Shown piece after piece: positions 38,408 through 48,403 of a stretch of DNA of 64,000 nt. Source of the stretch: an uncultured Actinomycetota bacterium. Its GTDB lineage: Bacteria; Actinomycetota; Actinomycetes; JAFAQI01. The first letter of the stretch is position 1. Every line of letters starts with the position of its first letter. The stretch spans positions 131,395-195,394 of the forward strand of contig CAVYQE010000006.1 of assembly GCA_963770565.1 (NCBI GenBank), in the 5' to 3' direction. A program made the translations under genes and the position numbers. The notes under the pieces are model-generated. The model worked only from the letters and a program-made list of their open reading frames with translations. It was not told the DNA's origin and ran no database searches.

Positions 38408-41036
38408 TCATCGAGATGGGCCGAAGTCGCGGCCGCTCTCGCGGTCTCGAGATCGGTGGGCGGGCTCGTAGGGGTAGGCGGGTGCTTGGTCGCGGGCGAG
38501 GGCGTGCCGGCGGTTGACGCGAGCTGCTGGGCGAGCCGGCTGGCGACGTCGGTGGGGTCGGGTCCGAGCAGCTCGAACCGTGCCGGGGCTTTCCGGATGC
38601 CGGCCCGATCGGCGACGAGCGAGGTCGCGCTCGTGTAGAGGTGGTTGGCCTGCCGGCCGCGGGACAGCGCGACGTAGCCGGCTTGCTGACAGAGCGCGTC
38701 GGTGCCGTAGAGCAGCGCGACCTGGGTGGTCAGGCCCTGGGCTTTGTGGACGGTCATGGCGTAGCCGTGGTCGAGATGATCCGCGGCCCAGCTGGTCGGG
38801 ACCGTGATGGCCGTTCCGGTTTCGGTGCGCAGGCGTCAGCTCGCGGTCGGTGGCGCGGGTCAGGGTGGCCCGGGTGCCGTTGAGCAGCCCGCGCGGATGG
38901 TCGTTGCGGGTGACGATGACCAGGTCACTGGGCGCGTACTGGCCGGCCGTCGCGCCGCTCGCGTGGTGGTGTCGGGGCCGAGCCGACCGGCGGCGCGTAG
39001 CTGCGCGCGGATCGCGGTGTTCAGCGCCGTGGCGTCGGCCGGCTGGAGGCGAGCGCGACCACGGCGTAGGGGTCCGGATGGTCGACGCGGTGGTCGAGGT
39101 AGTCGTCGGCGAGCTGTTGCCGGCGTCCGGCGCCGTGGTGGCTCGAGGTGGATCCGGCCGTTGCGAGGTAGGTAGTGCGGAGCGCGGGTCGATCTCCCGG
39201 TCGCGCAGCAGGTCGAGCGCGGCGCGTTCCCAGTCCGCGGTCTGCCGCTGGTTGCCGGTCAGCGACAGCGGTTGGCGCGGTGCGGGCGAGCGCGGCGAAC
39301 AGCCCGCCGGCGTCGATCTCGGGCAGCTGCGCGGGGTCACCGACCAGCACGAGCTTGCCGCCGGCTGCCTCGACGTGCGTCAGCAGTCGGCTGAGGTGGC
39401 GGGTGCCGACCATCGACGCCTCGTCGACCAGCACCACCGACCGTGGCGCGAGCCCGGCTGGCTTGCCGGTGCGTCGGGTCGGGGCGGTCAAGGTCGGCGA
39501 GCAGCCGGGCGATCGACGAGCTCGGGACGCCGGTGGCCGCTTCGAGGCGTCGGGCGGTGACCGCCGCGAGCGAACACCCGACGACCGGTATGCCGTCGCC
39601 GTGCCAGGCGTCGGCGGCGGTGCGCAGCGCGGCGGTCTTGCCGGACCCGGCCGGTCCGATCACCACGTCGACCAGGTCGGGCGAGGCGAGCAGCCCGGCG
39701 ACCACGGCCGCTGCTCGACCGACAGCCCGTGCTGACCGGCGACGTCAGCGACGGTGGTCGGTGCCACGGCGCGGTGCGTTCGAGGGCAAGCATCGATCGC
39801 GGCGTCTCTCGGCTGCGAGCAGATCCCGGGTCGACCATCGCCGGCCGCCGTCACGGTCCGCCGGCTGCAGCAGCGGCGATCGCCTCGGCGTGGGCGAGGA
39901 GCCGGTCGGCGGTCGCCTCGAGCTGCGCGGCGGTGACTCGCGACGCCGGCCGGGAGGGTTTCGGTGAGTGCCTGGATGACGTCGCGGCGGTCGAACGAGG
40001 TCTGCGCGTTCGGTCAGCCCGTCCGGACCGAACAGCTCGACGCCGACCCGCTCGAGGTCCGGCAGTGCCGGTGCGACGGTCCGCTGCGTGACCAGCGCGA
40101 TGGTCGACGCGGCCGGGTGGCCGAGCTGTCCGGCACGCGTCGGCCCACTGCTGGCGCAGCGACGCTTGCGGGGTGTGGGACTTCACCGGGCGGGTGACGT
40201 ACGCGGCGCGTTGCGCGGCCTTGCGGCCGCGGGTCCCGGTCCGGTCGAGCTCGGCCTCGATCTCCCGTCGCCGGGTCGAGAACTCCTTGACCAGCACCTT
40301 CGGGATGCCGGCGATCTCCGCGACGCCGCGGCTGACCGGCCCCCAGCCGACACCGAGGGTCCGGGTGAGCTCCCCGCGTAGCACCGCCTGGTAGACGCAG
40401 CCGGCGGTGCGGGCCTGGCGGTGCATCGCCCGGGAGTCCACCGCGGACCATTTCCCGTCCACACCGTGCACCAGATTCGCGATCACCAGGTGGGTGTGCA
40501 GCTGCGGGTCATCCGACCGTGAGGTGTGATGGGTGAACCCGGCGGCGATCAGCCCCTCGGTTTCGACCCGGGCTGCGCGCTGATCACCGCCCTGATGTCC
40601 GCGCAGACCCGTGGCCGGCGTGCCGGTCCAGATACCCCAACGCCTCGTCGACCGCCCGGTCATGTGCCGCGAGCACCGTGGCCGCGACCTGTGGGTCGGC
40701 GAGACCGAACAGCACCGAGGCGCTCTTCGGGGCCGAGACCACGACGTCCAACCCGGACCGGCGAACATCGACCGGTCCATCCGGGCCCGCGCGCAGCACC
40801 GGGCGGGCCACCACGGTGCCGTCCGGGAGGGCACCGTCAAGCAGCCGCGCGAACACCTCCGCGTTCCCGGCGCCGACCGGCCCGTCGAGACCAAGAGCCT
40901 GCGCACCGCGACCGCACCACCGGCCGACCTGCTCTGCCTCGCCGGTGTAGTAGGCGACCTGGGCGCACTCCGCGGACCGCTCCAAGTAATACGCGGCGCT
41001 GACGGTGCCACCGCGAAGCATCCCGATCGAGATCAC
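38408..41036 (-). pseudogene. MobF (TrwC) relaxase-helicase, multiple frameshifts
   Basis: AAYYLE, DVVVSAPKS, FTHHTSRSDDPQLHTH, GPAGSGKT, VLVDEASM, VGDPAQL, TVHKAQG spread over several frames. Confidence 0.88.
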
Positions 41037-41112
41037 GACGACCACCCCGCACAAGCGCGGGATCGCTGCCTGAGGTCTTCCCTGATCTGCATGCCGAGAC
41101 CGTGCCGGGCGG

Positions 41113-41350
41113 GCGCACCACAAACGTCACCACGAACCCGGCTGGTCCGCACCACCCTTCCGCGGTGCGCACCAAAAACGTCACCAAAAACGTCACCACC
41201 GCGTGGCCCGTCACCGCCCGCGCTCCAGCAGCGGGCGAGGTAAGGGGTAGCGGGGACCTGAACGAGCGAGCTCATGGGCCGCAGGATCAACCAGGGACGT
41301 ACCCCCAGACGTACTGCTCGACGTACCGCTAGACGTACCCCCAACGTAGA
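41113..41350. repeat. 12-bp-period iteron-like repeats upstream of the relaxase (oriT/arm-site candidate)
   Basis: CACCAAAAACGT-type units at 41113-41199; (G/A)ACGTA at 41296, 41308, 41320, 41332, 41344. Confidence 0.75.
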
Positions 41351-41498
41351 AATCGGTCGAGGGCGCACTATCGCGGCGCGATGGTCATACCGCACCAGGC
41401 GCCGCGAGGCCTCCCTGAAGTTGTCCACCGATCGGCCGGCGAGATGGAGCCGACGGACATTGGGGGTGGATCGTGAACGCAGACCTGAAGGAGCCAGC

Positions 41499-41693
41499 GT
41501 GGACGACGACCCGACGCGTGAATATCCATGGCTCGCCGAGCGCGACCAGCGATTCACCCTCGCGCTGGTGCTCGACGTTGCCGAGGTCCTGACCCGCCAC
41601 GGCTACCCGGCGCCGACCGGGACCACCCTCGTCGACCTCACCGCCGGGCTGCACCACGCCCTTCACGGGTACCGGCCGCCATCGCTGTACTGA
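41499..41693 (+). CDS. Small hypothetical protein (64 aa)
   Basis: AAGGAG RBS before GTG; LVLDVAEVLTRHGYP. Confidence 0.55.
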   Translation: MDDDPTREYPWLAERDQRFTLALVLDVAEVLTRHGYPAPTGTTLVDLTAGLHHALHGYRPPSLY

Positions 41694-41706
41694 GTCGCCA
41701 CCACGA

Positions 41707-41818
41707 CCGACGACCGACGACCGACGACCGACGACCGACGACCGACCACCGACCACCGACCACCGACCACCGACCACCGACCACCGACCACCGACCACCG
41801 ACCACCGACCACCGACCA
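41707..41818. repeat. 7-bp tandem repeat, 16 units: (CCGACGA)5(CCGACCA)11
   Basis: Counted directly. Confidence 0.95.
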
Positions 41819-41853
41819 CCCCATCCCCCGGACACAGTGGTATCGGGATACGG

Positions 41854-42381
41854 GTGTCCCGTGGTGCGCTTCAAAGGGAGGTTGCGCACCACGGCACCGG
41901 CCGGGAAACTGCACTGGTGACCGGCAACACGAAGACGAAGTTGGACGCTCGCGCAGAGACGCTGAAGGGTCTTGCCAGCGGTGGCGATCTTGACGACGCG
42001 CACGAGGCGTTGGCCCTGGCTGCGATCCGAAGCCGAGACGCCCAGCCCTACCTCGAGGAGCTCCTCGACCTCGCCACCGATGCGTACGTGCTGACCGGTG
42101 CGAGCCCGGATCAGACGGTCGAACTCGCCGGACTAGCCGAGCGATACCTGCCGGAGTATGAGTACAGCGGCAAAGTCGACCACCGAAACCTGCGCTACGC
42201 GTTGACCTACCCAGCCTTGCGCGCTGGCGGACTCAATCCTGACATCTGGGATGACGTCGTCTACTGGCGATCCCAGGTCTGGCCATACGCCCAGCAGGCG
42301 GTCCTCGCCTACCTGCGGATCGCCGCCGCGCGCACCGGGACGTCCGTCGAGGACCTGGCCAAACTGCTCCAGGACCCGTAG
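41854..42381 (+). CDS. Hypothetical protein (start uncertain)
   Basis: Helical, GC3-biased ORF. Confidence 0.6.
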   Translation: MSRGALQREVAHHGTGRETALVTGNTKTKLDARAETLKGLASGGDLDDAHEALALAAIRSRDAQPYLEELLDLATDAYVLTGASPDQTVELAGLAERYLPEYEYSGKVDHRNLRYALTYPALRAGGLNPDIWDDVVYWRSQVWPYAQQAVLAYLRIAAARTGTSVEDLAKLLQDP

Positions 42382-42504
42382 CCGAAGAGCGGCATCGCGG
42401 AGATCCGTCGACATCGTTGGGTGAGCGAGAACGGCACCTATCGCGCGGTACAGAAGCCGATTGGTGAGAGCCAACCTTCAGAGGCTTGACTACGTCACAC
42501 TGTC

Positions 42505-43110
42505 ATGATGCGCATCACGTCGGTGGCGGCCGCATGCGTCGCGGTGTGGCTCCTCACCGGGTGCTCGGGATCGGCGTCGGGACCGACCCAGACGCCGCCA
42601 ACGTCGACGCCACGGGCCACGACGGCCCGGACAACGGCACCCGTTGGCCTCGTCGATACGCCTCTGTCGAGGTGTGCTCCGGCGGTGGTCGCGATCACCA
42701 TGGATGCCACTGGGCACGTTGTCGACAATCACGAATCGGCGTACGTCCTCGGATTCCGCAACCGTTCGCGACGCGCCTGTGCACTCCAGGGCTACCCGTA
42801 CCTGCGCCTGACACGTACCTCCGCACCACGTTCATGGACTCGCGTTCACCCATCCACAAGGTGGCCATACCCGCCGATCGTCGCTGGCGCCACGAGCGCA
42901 CTCCATTCCGAAAGCGTGGCCGTCGCGGCGGGCGGCACCGCCTACGCCTATCTCATCGTTGACCGGGGAGCGGAGTGTGGCGCTAGCCTCTCGGCCGATC
43001 TGCGCGTCGGAACTTCGCGGGCCTCGGCATCCCTGATCGCAAGGAGGAATGTCGGCGTCTGCCGTGGCGACCTGATCGATCTATCGCCCTACACCGAACT
43101 CCGCGGCTGA
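42505..43110 (+). CDS. DUF4232-like lipoprotein
   Basis: Lipobox LLTGC, Pro/Thr linker, FRNRSRRACALQGYP. Confidence 0.75.
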   Translation: MMRITSVAAACVAVWLLTGCSGSASGPTQTPPTSTPRATTARTTAPVGLVDTPLSRCAPAVVAITMDATGHVVDNHESAYVLGFRNRSRRACALQGYPYLRLTRTSAPRSWTRVHPSTRWPYPPIVAGATSALHSESVAVAAGGTAYAYLIVDRGAECGASLSADLRVGTSRASASLIARRNVGVCRGDLIDLSPYTELRG

Positions 43111-43159
43111 GCGATCCATACCGCGAGTTCGAGTGCTATGTATCGGCGCTTCGGCGTGC

Positions 43160-43579
43160 CTACCCAACGGGGCAGATCAGGACGACTCGCGCGACGTGAC
43201 CCGCCACCACGTTGACACGCTGGGGAGGCGTGGGCCCAACATGACACGGCAACTTCTTGAGCGCGATCGCGCTCAATGCGTAGCGACCGGGTCGGAGCGC
43301 GAAGTGGAACCTGCCGGTCGTGTCGGCGTGTGCGGAGGCGACGACGCGCCCGCCAATCGTGTGCAGCCTGACCGTAACCACGCCCGGTAGCGGGCCGCCC
43401 GAGCCACCATCCGGCCCGGCTCCCGCTCTGAAACTACCAACGACAGTGCCGAGCGCAGGGCTGGTTGGTTCGGCGACAGGGCTCGAAGCGGGCGCGGCTG
43501 CGTGAGTGCAACCAGCGACCAGCGCGGCCGCCGCTGTGGCGGACGCGGCCCATCCAACCCTCACTCGCATGGTCTTCAT
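43160..43579 (-). CDS. Lipoprotein with carboxypeptidase-regulatory-like (prealbumin-fold) domain
   Basis: LVAGC lipobox; ADTTGRFHFALRPGRYAL. Confidence 0.7.
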   Translation of the reverse strand: MKTMRVRVGWAASATAAAALVAGCTHAAAPASSPVAEPTSPALGTVVGSFRAGAGPDGGSGGPLPGVVTVRLHTIGGRVVASAHADTTGRFHFALRPGRYALSAIALKKLPCHVGPTPPQRVNVVAGHVARVVLICPVG

Positions 43580-43620
43580 GGTGATACGACGCCCCGTGCC
43601 GGTCAATCGTTCCCCAGCGG

Positions 43621-43648
43621 CGCGGACAGAACGCCGGTTATGGTCGCT
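43621..43648 (+). other. dif-like site (left of SIR2-like gene)
   Basis: CGCGGACAGAA-CGCCGG-TTATGGTCGCT. Confidence 0.55.
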
Positions 43649-43809
43649 TTCAGATCGGCGGCGGCCAACGGCTGAAGCCGGCCTGTGTCATTCCGTGGGG
43701 TCTGTCATGCTCGTCGATCTCCTCGTACCTGATGACGCTCCTGTGGGCCGGCACGCCAGAGCCGGCAAAGCAGCCGGGTCGCATTACCACCAAAAGAAAT
43801 GACTGGCCG

Positions 43810-45013
43810 TCAGGGCAGGTCGACGTGCTCGATTGGCTCCTCGGAGAAGTCGCCTACTTCAGGGTCGCGCTCCACCCATGGCGCTTTACCCGCCAAGACC
43901 AAGTCGATCGCTGCCTCACTCTCACCCGGCCGCGCCGAGAACAGACCCGAGAAGCAACTGCCAAGCAGCCTGTAGCGATTGAACTTCGAGGTAGGCCACA
44001 GCTGATCAACTGTGTGCTTGGCGGCATCCTCGCTTTCCGCAACGACCGTCACTGGGGTCGAGTGCCGGATCGTCTCGTGCAGGAGCCGCAAGAAATGACG
44101 CTCGGCTCCTCGCCATCCGATGACGAGAACCTCGGTAGCTTCCGCGATCGCGACCCTCATGTGCTCGATGTGGACCGCAGGTGCCTCGTATTCCTGCTTA
44201 TGGACGGTCGGGATCGCAAGCGCTGGAATCCATATCGCGGTACTTCCGCTTCGATCTGATGTATCGATTGGGCCTGCCCAATCCCGAATCGCATAGTGGT
44301 TCCTCACCGGTTGGATCGTCGCCAGCTAGACAATCAATCAATGTCGTTCTCGGCCTGCACGCCGCCGTCATCGCCGTAGGACCGGGCCGCTGCCAATCGT
44401 CGGAATGCACGGCTGCCTTGCGAAGCCAGTTCACCGATCCGTGTGGTTTGAAGAGTTGGGAGTCGGGCCGGGACGTGTAGTCCTCGATGGTGCCGAACCT
44501 GGCGTGCAGCACGTCCGTCAACGCGCGGTCGATCAGGGTGTCGTAGTTGAAGGTCACTATGCGGACTGGAGTTGCTCGGGCGGTCTCGTGGTAGTGGCGT
44601 GCGAGCCGGTCGATGAGCGTGAGGTAGTTGGTGACGTGATTGAGTTCCTCGCGCCAACGCTCCTCGACACCACCGATGGTCCAGCGCAGGTAGTACCGGA
44701 TGGCCGCGAGTTGAGCGTTGGCTTCCGAACCGAGGAATCGCTCGTCGCCGAGGCGCCCTAGACCGTCCTCGACCGAAATGCCCTCCTGTACCCAGGCGCG
44801 AAGACGGTCGACGGCCGGAGCGGCGCGCGGGTATCGAGCAATTGCCTCAAAGTACGGCGTTTCGGACGGATGCCACTCGAACAAATCCTTGGCTAAGGGT
44901 GGCCTGTAGTACTCGAAGTCTGCGCTGACGGCGTATCGCCCATTGCCTTCGATCGGGAACTCCCGGCCGCCGTCGTAAGAGGCTCCCGCACCTGCGATGA
45001 CGAGCAAAGTCAT
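43810..45013 (-). pseudogene. SIR2-like (SIR2_2) NADase-domain protein, split by one frameshift near 44260-44310
   Basis: VIAGAGASYD, IVTFNYDTLID, LFKPHGSVNW in ORF 44198-45013; IPALAIP and VLVIGWRG in ORF 43810-44307. Confidence 0.8.
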
Positions 45014-45213
45014 ACCGCAATCGTGTCACCCGGGGACGACACGTTCCGTCAGCTGAGCGCAGACGCGGCGGCGAGGTCACGCAGCCGAGGGTCGAGCGGC
45101 GGCGCCGGTTGTTGAGCGCACTTGAAGATCGGGGGTCGCTCGGCGCGGGATTGTGAACCGGTCGAACCGGCGCGGGTCTATGGAGTTGCCCCCGCCGTTA
45201 GCGTGTCGACCGA

Positions 45214-45241
45214 ACCGAACATAACCGGCGTTATTCGACGG
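45214..45241 (-). other. dif-like site (right of SIR2-like gene)
   Basis: Minus strand CCGTCGAATAA-CGCCGG-TTATGTTCGGT. Confidence 0.65.
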
Positions 45242-45275
45242 CCTGTCCGAGCCCTCTGGCTGCGAGGATGAGGTC

Positions 45276-45650
45276 ATGCCCCGTCTCACGGTCGTCACAT
45301 CGTTGTCGGATCGGGAGTTGAACGGGCCGACTGCTGAGGATGTCATTGCCGCTATCCAGGCACTGCACGGTGACGGCGAAGTCGGACTCGGAGAGCCCAC
45401 CTCCATCTGGCTTGGTATCGCCGGTGGCCCCGACCGCTACTTCGTCGCTTACGCAGACGCACACGCTGGACTGACCTTGCAGGCGCGGACCGAGACGACC
45501 GGCGGACAGCCCGTCGAGGCCCTCATTGGCGGCCAGTCGACGACATTGCCGCCCGCGTACCTCGTGTCCATCGACGTGGCAACGTCGGCGGCGCTGCACT
45601 TCCTGGAAACGCAGGAACCTGCACCGGCCGTCACGTGGGACCGGATGTAG
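45276..45650 (+). CDS. Imm1-like immunity protein
   Basis: IGGQSTTLP...VSIDVA..AALHFLETQEPAPAVTW C-terminal pattern, recalled from the Imm1 family. Confidence 0.65.
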   Translation: MPRLTVVTSLSDRELNGPTAEDVIAAIQALHGDGEVGLGEPTSIWLGIAGGPDRYFVAYADAHAGLTLQARTETTGGQPVEALIGGQSTTLPPAYLVSIDVATSAALHFLETQEPAPAVTWDRM

Positions 45651-45705
45651 GAGAAGTGCCTGTTCGCGATCGCGTTTCGCTTCGGAAAAGGGCAGGATCT
45701 ATCTC

Positions 45706-46044
45706 ATGCGCCCACTCTCCGAGGTCGAGCGTGAGGTCCTGAATGTGATGCTTGCTGGGGACTTCCCCGGCGCATTCGAGTTACGTGGCCAGGTGGACGC
45801 GGCACGCGTGTCGCGTCGATGCGATTGCGGCTGTCCGTCCGTCGACCTGGTGGTCGAGGGCGACGTTCCGCTAGCTCCCGTCGTGAGCCGCACGCCGGTC
45901 AATGCCAATGTCGATGGGGTTCTTGGGGGCGGGCTGATCGTCTTTGTCGATGATGGCCGGCTGTCGGGCTTGGAGTACTACACCTCCGAGGATCAGACAC
46001 CTGGCTCATTCCCCGACCTGGGTCAGATCCGGCCTTACTCCTAG
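45706..46044 (+). CDS. Small hypothetical protein with CxCGCPS motif
   Basis: MRPLSEVER...CDCGCPSVDL...IVFVDDGRLSGLEYY. Confidence 0.75.
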   Translation: MRPLSEVEREVLNVMLAGDFPGAFELRGQVDAARVSRRCDCGCPSVDLVVEGDVPLAPVVSRTPVNANVDGVLGGGLIVFVDDGRLSGLEYYTSEDQTPGSFPDLGQIRPYS

Positions 46045-46196
46045 CAGCGCCGAAGTGCCGTTCCGCGACGTACAGTCTCGGCGCTACGTCACATCCCGTC
46101 GCTGGGCATTGTCGGAGCCGCAGAGGTCCGGACACGGCTTGGTTGGCCACGGTCGCGGATCGGGACGGGGCGCTTCCGGTTGAGTTGTCCTTTCTA

Positions 46197-47582
46197 CTAC
46201 CCGGATGCGGCGGTGCATTGCGTCCAAAGGGCGCTTTGGCTGCCGGGCTTGGCTGTGGAAACGCCCAGCGCGAGGACGGTCTGGTCGTTGGCGACGGTGA
46301 TCGCGGACAGACCGCCGGGCAGTGTGACCGGTGCTGAGTTCGCGGGCGTCGTCCAGGAGGTGCCGTCCCAGTGCATCAGGAGCGGGCCATGCTGGGAGCC
46401 AGCGACCCATAGGTCGCGATCGGTGACGGCGCTGAGGCCGTTCAGCGTCGCGGCGGTGGACAGGACGGTGTCCCATCGCGTTCCGTTCCATCGCATCACC
46501 GAACTCGGACCTTGCCCACCCCAGCGCGTTCCGTTGGGCGAGGTGGCCAGGGCGGGGCGACGGATCGCAAAGACGCTGCGTCCTGCGGAGGAGATGGCGT
46601 CCAGCGGGACGGAACCCGTCGGGGTTGGTTCGTCGACCCAGTTGTTGCCGGTCCACGTGCCGAACAACGCGCCGTCGAAGCTGAAGCTCTCGCCGCCACC
46701 GTGCAGGTGGCCGCCCACCGCCCACGGGAATCCGGTGGCAGGGTCAATCGCGACTGCGGTGAGCAGTGAGATGGAGCCGAGCCCGGACGTTGAGGAGGGC
46801 TCCGGAGCCGCGACACGAGTCCAAACCTGACCGTTCCAGTGCAAGAGACGGTTCACGTAGGTGGCGCCGTTCACAGACGCGTTGCCGACTGCCCACACGT
46901 CATCCGATGACGTACCGGCGACACCGACGAGGGTCTGTTCGTGGTGCCGGCCAGCATTGGCCAAGGCAGGGACCGGAGTAAGCGACCACGACACACCGTT
47001 CCAATGCTCAACCAGTGGCCCGTTGCGCATCGTCGGGGTCTCAGCTTCAACGCCGCCGACCGCCCATGCATCGGTCGAGCTAATGACCGTGATGTTGTAC
47101 AGCGACCCCGGTAAACGGTTCGGGTTCCCCACCGGCACGACCGTCCACGCCCGGCCGTCCCAATGCTCGATCAAGGGGTAAGGCACCTGGCGCGGTCCCG
47201 AACTGTAGGGCGAATCCACCCAACGCTCACCCACCGCCCAAACGTTGCTTGAGGAGGCCGCCCCGATCGCGAACAGGCGATGCTGGCGATCCCCAGCAGC
47301 GAACGGCTCCGGCGCGAAATGCCAACCCGATCGACACGCCACGATCGGCGGGGACACCTGGTGTGTTGGTCCTGGGTTGTCGCGGAGCGCCAGAGGCACG
47401 AGAACCACCGCGACCGCCGTAATGACAGCGGCGACCGCACAGACGGCGAGCGTCTGCTGTCGGCGCCCCCGCCCCCGCCCGCGGCTAGCAGCGACGATCC
47501 GCGCCATCGGATCGGGCCAGGTCGGCAGCGCCCAGTCGTCGTCGTGGAGGACCCGGCGAAGCCGGTCGTCGAGATCGGTCAC
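46197..47582 (-). CDS. Membrane-anchored beta-propeller protein, probable anti-sigma partner
   Basis: DLDDRLRRVL N-terminus, single TM, WAVG / HWNG repeats; coupled to sigma factor by ATGA overlap. Confidence 0.75.
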   Translation of the reverse strand: MTDLDDRLRRVLHDDDWALPTWPDPMARIVAASRGRGRGRRQQTLAVCAVAAVITAVAVVLVPLALRDNPGPTHQVSPPIVACRSGWHFAPEPFAAGDRQHRLFAIGAASSSNVWAVGERWVDSPYSSGPRQVPYPLIEHWDGRAWTVVPVGNPNRLPGSLYNITVISSTDAWAVGGVEAETPTMRNGPLVEHWNGVSWSLTPVPALANAGRHHEQTLVGVAGTSSDDVWAVGNASVNGATYVNRLLHWNGQVWTRVAAPEPSSTSGLGSISLLTAVAIDPATGFPWAVGGHLHGGGESFSFDGALFGTWTGNNWVDEPTPTGSVPLDAISSAGRSVFAIRRPALATSPNGTRWGGQGPSSVMRWNGTRWDTVLSTAATLNGLSAVTDRDLWVAGSQHGPLLMHWDGTSWTTPANSAPVTLPGGLSAITVANDQTVLALGVSTAKPGSQSALWTQCTAASG

Positions 47583-48106
47583 GGCAGTGCTCCTGTCAGA
47601 TCGTCGCCGGCGCCAGCGACAGGCGCGAGGACACGTTCCAGATGCGCGATCGCGCGGGATGCGTGGCTCTTCACCGTTCCGCGCGAGATGCCCATCACCG
47701 CCGCGATGTCCGCTTCGCTCAGGTCCGCGTAGAACCGCAGGACAATCACCGCTCGCTGCTTCGCGGGAAGGGTCGCCAGAGCCCGCACGATCGCGTCACG
47801 TTCATCCGACGCGCCACTCGGATCCTCAACAACCGACGCGACCACCGTCAGCGTCGATTCCTTGCCGCTCGATCGCCGCCACCAGGAGGCGTAAGAGTTC
47901 ACCATCACCCGGCGGACATACGCCGACAGGTCCTCGATCGCAGGACCGGAGCTGCGATGGGAGACCACCGACCACGTCTTCACGAGAGCCGTCTGAACCA
48001 GGTCCTCGGCCGTCGACGGGCTCCCCGTCAACACATGTCCGAAACGGAGGAGCGCAGGCAACGCCGCGCCCGCCCAGCGCGCAAACTCCACCTCGTCCTG
48101 CGCCAC
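47579..48106 (-). CDS. ECF RNA polymerase sigma factor (SigE-family)
   Basis: AEDLVQTAL, AYVRRVMVN, LPAKQRAVIVLRFY, GTVKSHASRA. Confidence 0.93.
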   Translation of the reverse strand: MAQDEVEFARWAGAALPALLRFGHVLTGSPSTAEDLVQTALVKTWSVVSHRSSGPAIEDLSAYVRRVMVNSYASWWRRSSGKESTLTVVASVVEDPSGASDERDAIVRALATLPAKQRAVIVLRFYADLSEADIAAVMGISRGTVKSHASRAIAHLERVLAPVAGAGDDLTGALP

Positions 48107-48403
48107 ACCCGCCTCCGATACCCCTTCACCTACGATGAGCCATCGGAGCGTCGAACGGTTGTCACACCCACCAAGATTTCTTCCAAAAGCGACACGTCCG
48201 CGCTGTCGTCAAAGGACGCGAAGCAGTCCTTCGATGCCTCTCGAGCATTGTTGTGACCGTCGGTTAAGTGCCGATATCGTCCGCGACGATGGTCGGCACC
48301 GTGCCGCAGAGGTGATGCCATAACGGAGCGGGGCCTCCCGCTCCTGTGAGTACCGCAGGAGACTGCGGTTGCTCATAAACCCACATGGTGAGGGAGGCCA
48401 CCA

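Larger units (their letters stand above)
36914..41350 (-). mobile_element. Integrative mobilizable element 1 (int-xis-MobF) at tRNA-Lys, heavily frameshifted; right boundary uncertain
   Basis: Integrase next to the tRNA 3' end, then excisionase, relaxase and 12-bp repeats at both ends. Confidence 0.75.

Noticed and set aside
41638-42003. Repetitive ORFs (VVGGRWS / PPTTDHR) over the 7-bp repeat
   Set aside because: Translation artefacts of the heptamer VNTR.
44198-44310. Programmed frameshift in the SIR2-like gene (also considered for relaxase 2)
   Set aside because: No slippery heptamer evident; a simple indel or sequencing error is more parsimonious.
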